From Oikopleura dioica (lineage: Eukaryota > Animalia > Chordata): a stretch of 64,000 bases of DNA. Where the stretch lies: contig OU015568.1 of NCBI GenBank assembly GCA_907165135.1, forward strand, positions 6,076,001 through 6,140,000, written 5' to 3'. Shown here piece by piece: positions 62,401 to 64,000 of the stretch. The notes below the pieces were generated by a model. That model worked only from the letters and a program-made list of their open reading frames with translations. It had not been told where the DNA came from and made no database searches. How positions within the stretch are numbered: position 1 is the stretch's first letter; each line of letters opens with the position of its first letter. A program made the translations under genes and the position numbers.

Positions 62401-64000
62401 TGTGGCCCTTTTTCAAAGTGGAATGAGACCCAATGGCACTACAATTCATACATCCGCTATGAGACAGCATCATAAGTGGAATCATTTTTCGAAATTGGAA
62501 AAAGGCTTTTGGGCTTTTATAATGAGATATTTTTGTGTACCCTTTCGAAAGCGGAATGAGACCGAGCGGAAAAGATATTCACAAGCACAACTTCAATTCG
62601 CACCATTTTCATAACCATGGAACGAATATGATGAAGTCCAAAGTATCCGGCAAATTAGAGCGGGATAGAATCTCAGTCTTGAAAAACACCATTTTCTTAC
62701 TCATATCATCTCATATTCATATCATCACTGTCTCCTGATTTCGATAAATCTCGATTGTGACCCCAACTAGTGGCTACGCGGGTGGTTATGAAAACCTTCA
62801 TAACAAGAAACTGAATTTCCACAAAAGAACTATGGTCACCCATCACAGGAATAATCATAAATCAGCCGGGGATTGTATTTGTGAAATTTTTGCGAGATGT
62901 TTTGTGACTCTGAAAGTCAATCTGCTTGCCGATTTATCCATAAGGGGAGCTTGAATCGACACCACAAAACTCATCATTTGTCGAAAGAATGGGAATTTAG
63001 ACTTGATTGTGACCCATTTGATAGTGGCATTTCTAAAAAAGAGATTTGCCTCAAGAAACAAATCTCGATTGAAAGTGAGAAAAAATATGGCTATTACATC
63101 CACAATAAATCTTTTGTTGGACATCATACCATCCATCATTTGCCAAAAAAAGAATAAAGTCGGGGTTGATTTTTCATTTTTTTTTATTTCGAGGTTGATT
63201 GTGATCCATTGTTAGCGGACTGCATTTCAGAAACAGAGCAATTTACAACAACAAAAAACAATTTTTGCAGCATCACAAAAAACACGGCCATTTTGAAAAA
63301 GGGATTGAAAGTAATTGTGACCTTGTAAAGTGGCGTGGACGTAAGAACAAAATCTAAAATAACCAAAAAACTTCACATGTCTTCGCATCACATCGCTCAT
63401 CATTCGCAAAATACAAGGAAAAAAGCAAAGGGATGAATTTTCAATTCATTGTGATCCTCTAAAGTTCCCCGTCGACTCAAAAACTAGACTTGCATCACTA
63501 CCGCCAGCATATGAAAAAAGTAATGACCAGAGCTCAGATGGGCGAGCTTCTCGGCCCGCGTCTGAAAGCTTTGATTCGCGAAGGGAAGGGGGATGAAATT
63601 GTATTTTGTTAAACGATTGTGGCCCTTTCTAGCGCTATTGATGTTCGATGTAAGAATCCAGCGATAAATGCGAAGCATACGCTCTCCCATCATGTCGCTA
63701 GTCACCTGAATATTCAAAAAATTGGAAAAGCCAACACGGCAATTTTGCTAGAAATTGTTCGAGCCTCTGAAGCGTATCAAGAGTTGGGATGGCTTTTTTC
63801 GCTATCTCTTGTTTTTTTAATTGCGGATTTGATTTTTAAAATTGTGATCCTTTGTCTAGTGGAGTTGATGTAAGAAAGAAAAACCCAATAATCCATCACC
63901 ATAGTTTCCTCTGCCATCACCTGATAAATCACCGTCGAGTTTATATCGCAAGAGGTACTAATGTCGAAACTTTGCGTTTTATGTTGCAAGGGAGGGATTA
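56462..64000 (+). CDS. Array of at least 45 candidate mutually exclusive exons, each encoding a His half of a zinc finger
   Basis: Unit = TTGTGAYYY, ~5-9 nt, AG | N GGN TAY.. (xGY..HKxxMxxHHxxNH..). First exon bases: 56462, 56586, 56753, 56906, 57024, 57213, 57348, 57522, 57662, 57837, 58054, 58258, 58416, 58805, 58956, 59162, 59372, 59539, 59675, 59894, 60113, 60237, 60385, 60550, 60697, 60845, 60994, 61206, 61358, 61494, 61614, 61760, 61899, 62092, 62236, 62419, 62552, 62771, 62917, 63025, 63216, 63331, 63465, 63633, 63860. Confidence 0.85.
58534..58750. mobile_element. 217-bp Tc1/mariner-type (Stowaway-like) MITE with TA TSD inside array exon 13
   Basis: TA|CTCCC..GGGAG|TA with ~85-bp near-perfect TIRs; removing it restores KTDLVLG, like sibling exons ending RLVLG and NFVLG. 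Confidence 0.92.

Noticed and set aside
56440-64000. Array as a CRISPR-like or simple satellite repeat, or as one long poly-zinc-finger ORF with C-D-P repeats
   Set aside because: Spacing from TGTGAC to the conserved AG varies by non-multiples of 3 and spacers contain stops, while reading-frame conservation starts right after the AG. The context is eukaryotic and there are no cas genes.

Overview
Compact, intron-rich eukaryotic DNA. Tiny introns, probable GA-AG introns, operon-like gene spacing, a GH9 cellulase and Ty3/gypsy elements suggest a larvacean tunicate such as Oikopleura (inference). Left to right: (i) 1-13.3 kb, decayed or scarred gene copies (SF3B2 pseudogene, N6AMT1 and GCP3 fragments, scarred PPTC7) around a PDZ + telobox-Myb gene; (ii) a minus-strand operon-like run PMPCA2-STRIP-PMPCA1-IMMT-IFT20-XRCC1-PPTC7; (iii) two very young, independently inserted 6.5-kb Ty3/gypsy LTR retrotransposons; (iv) CKAP2-like, WDR70, a lipoxygenase, a GH9 endoglucanase and a CD36-family gene; (v) from 55.1 kb to the window edge, the main finding. 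This is a gene whose constant exon encodes the Cys half of a BED/C2H2-like zinc finger, followed by at least 45 tandem candidate alternative exons that each encode a different His half. A sequence 4 nt downstream of the constant exon's donor (GGGTCACAATCATCCCGC) is complementary to a motif (TTGTGAYYY) just upstream of nearly every alternative acceptor, the architecture of a Dscam1-like docking-site/selector system. The lipoxygenase also carries two mutually exclusive active-site modules that differ at the Gly/Ala R/S stereo-determinant. Several single-base frameshifts in homopolymers look like assembly errors. All alignments and translations were done by eye.
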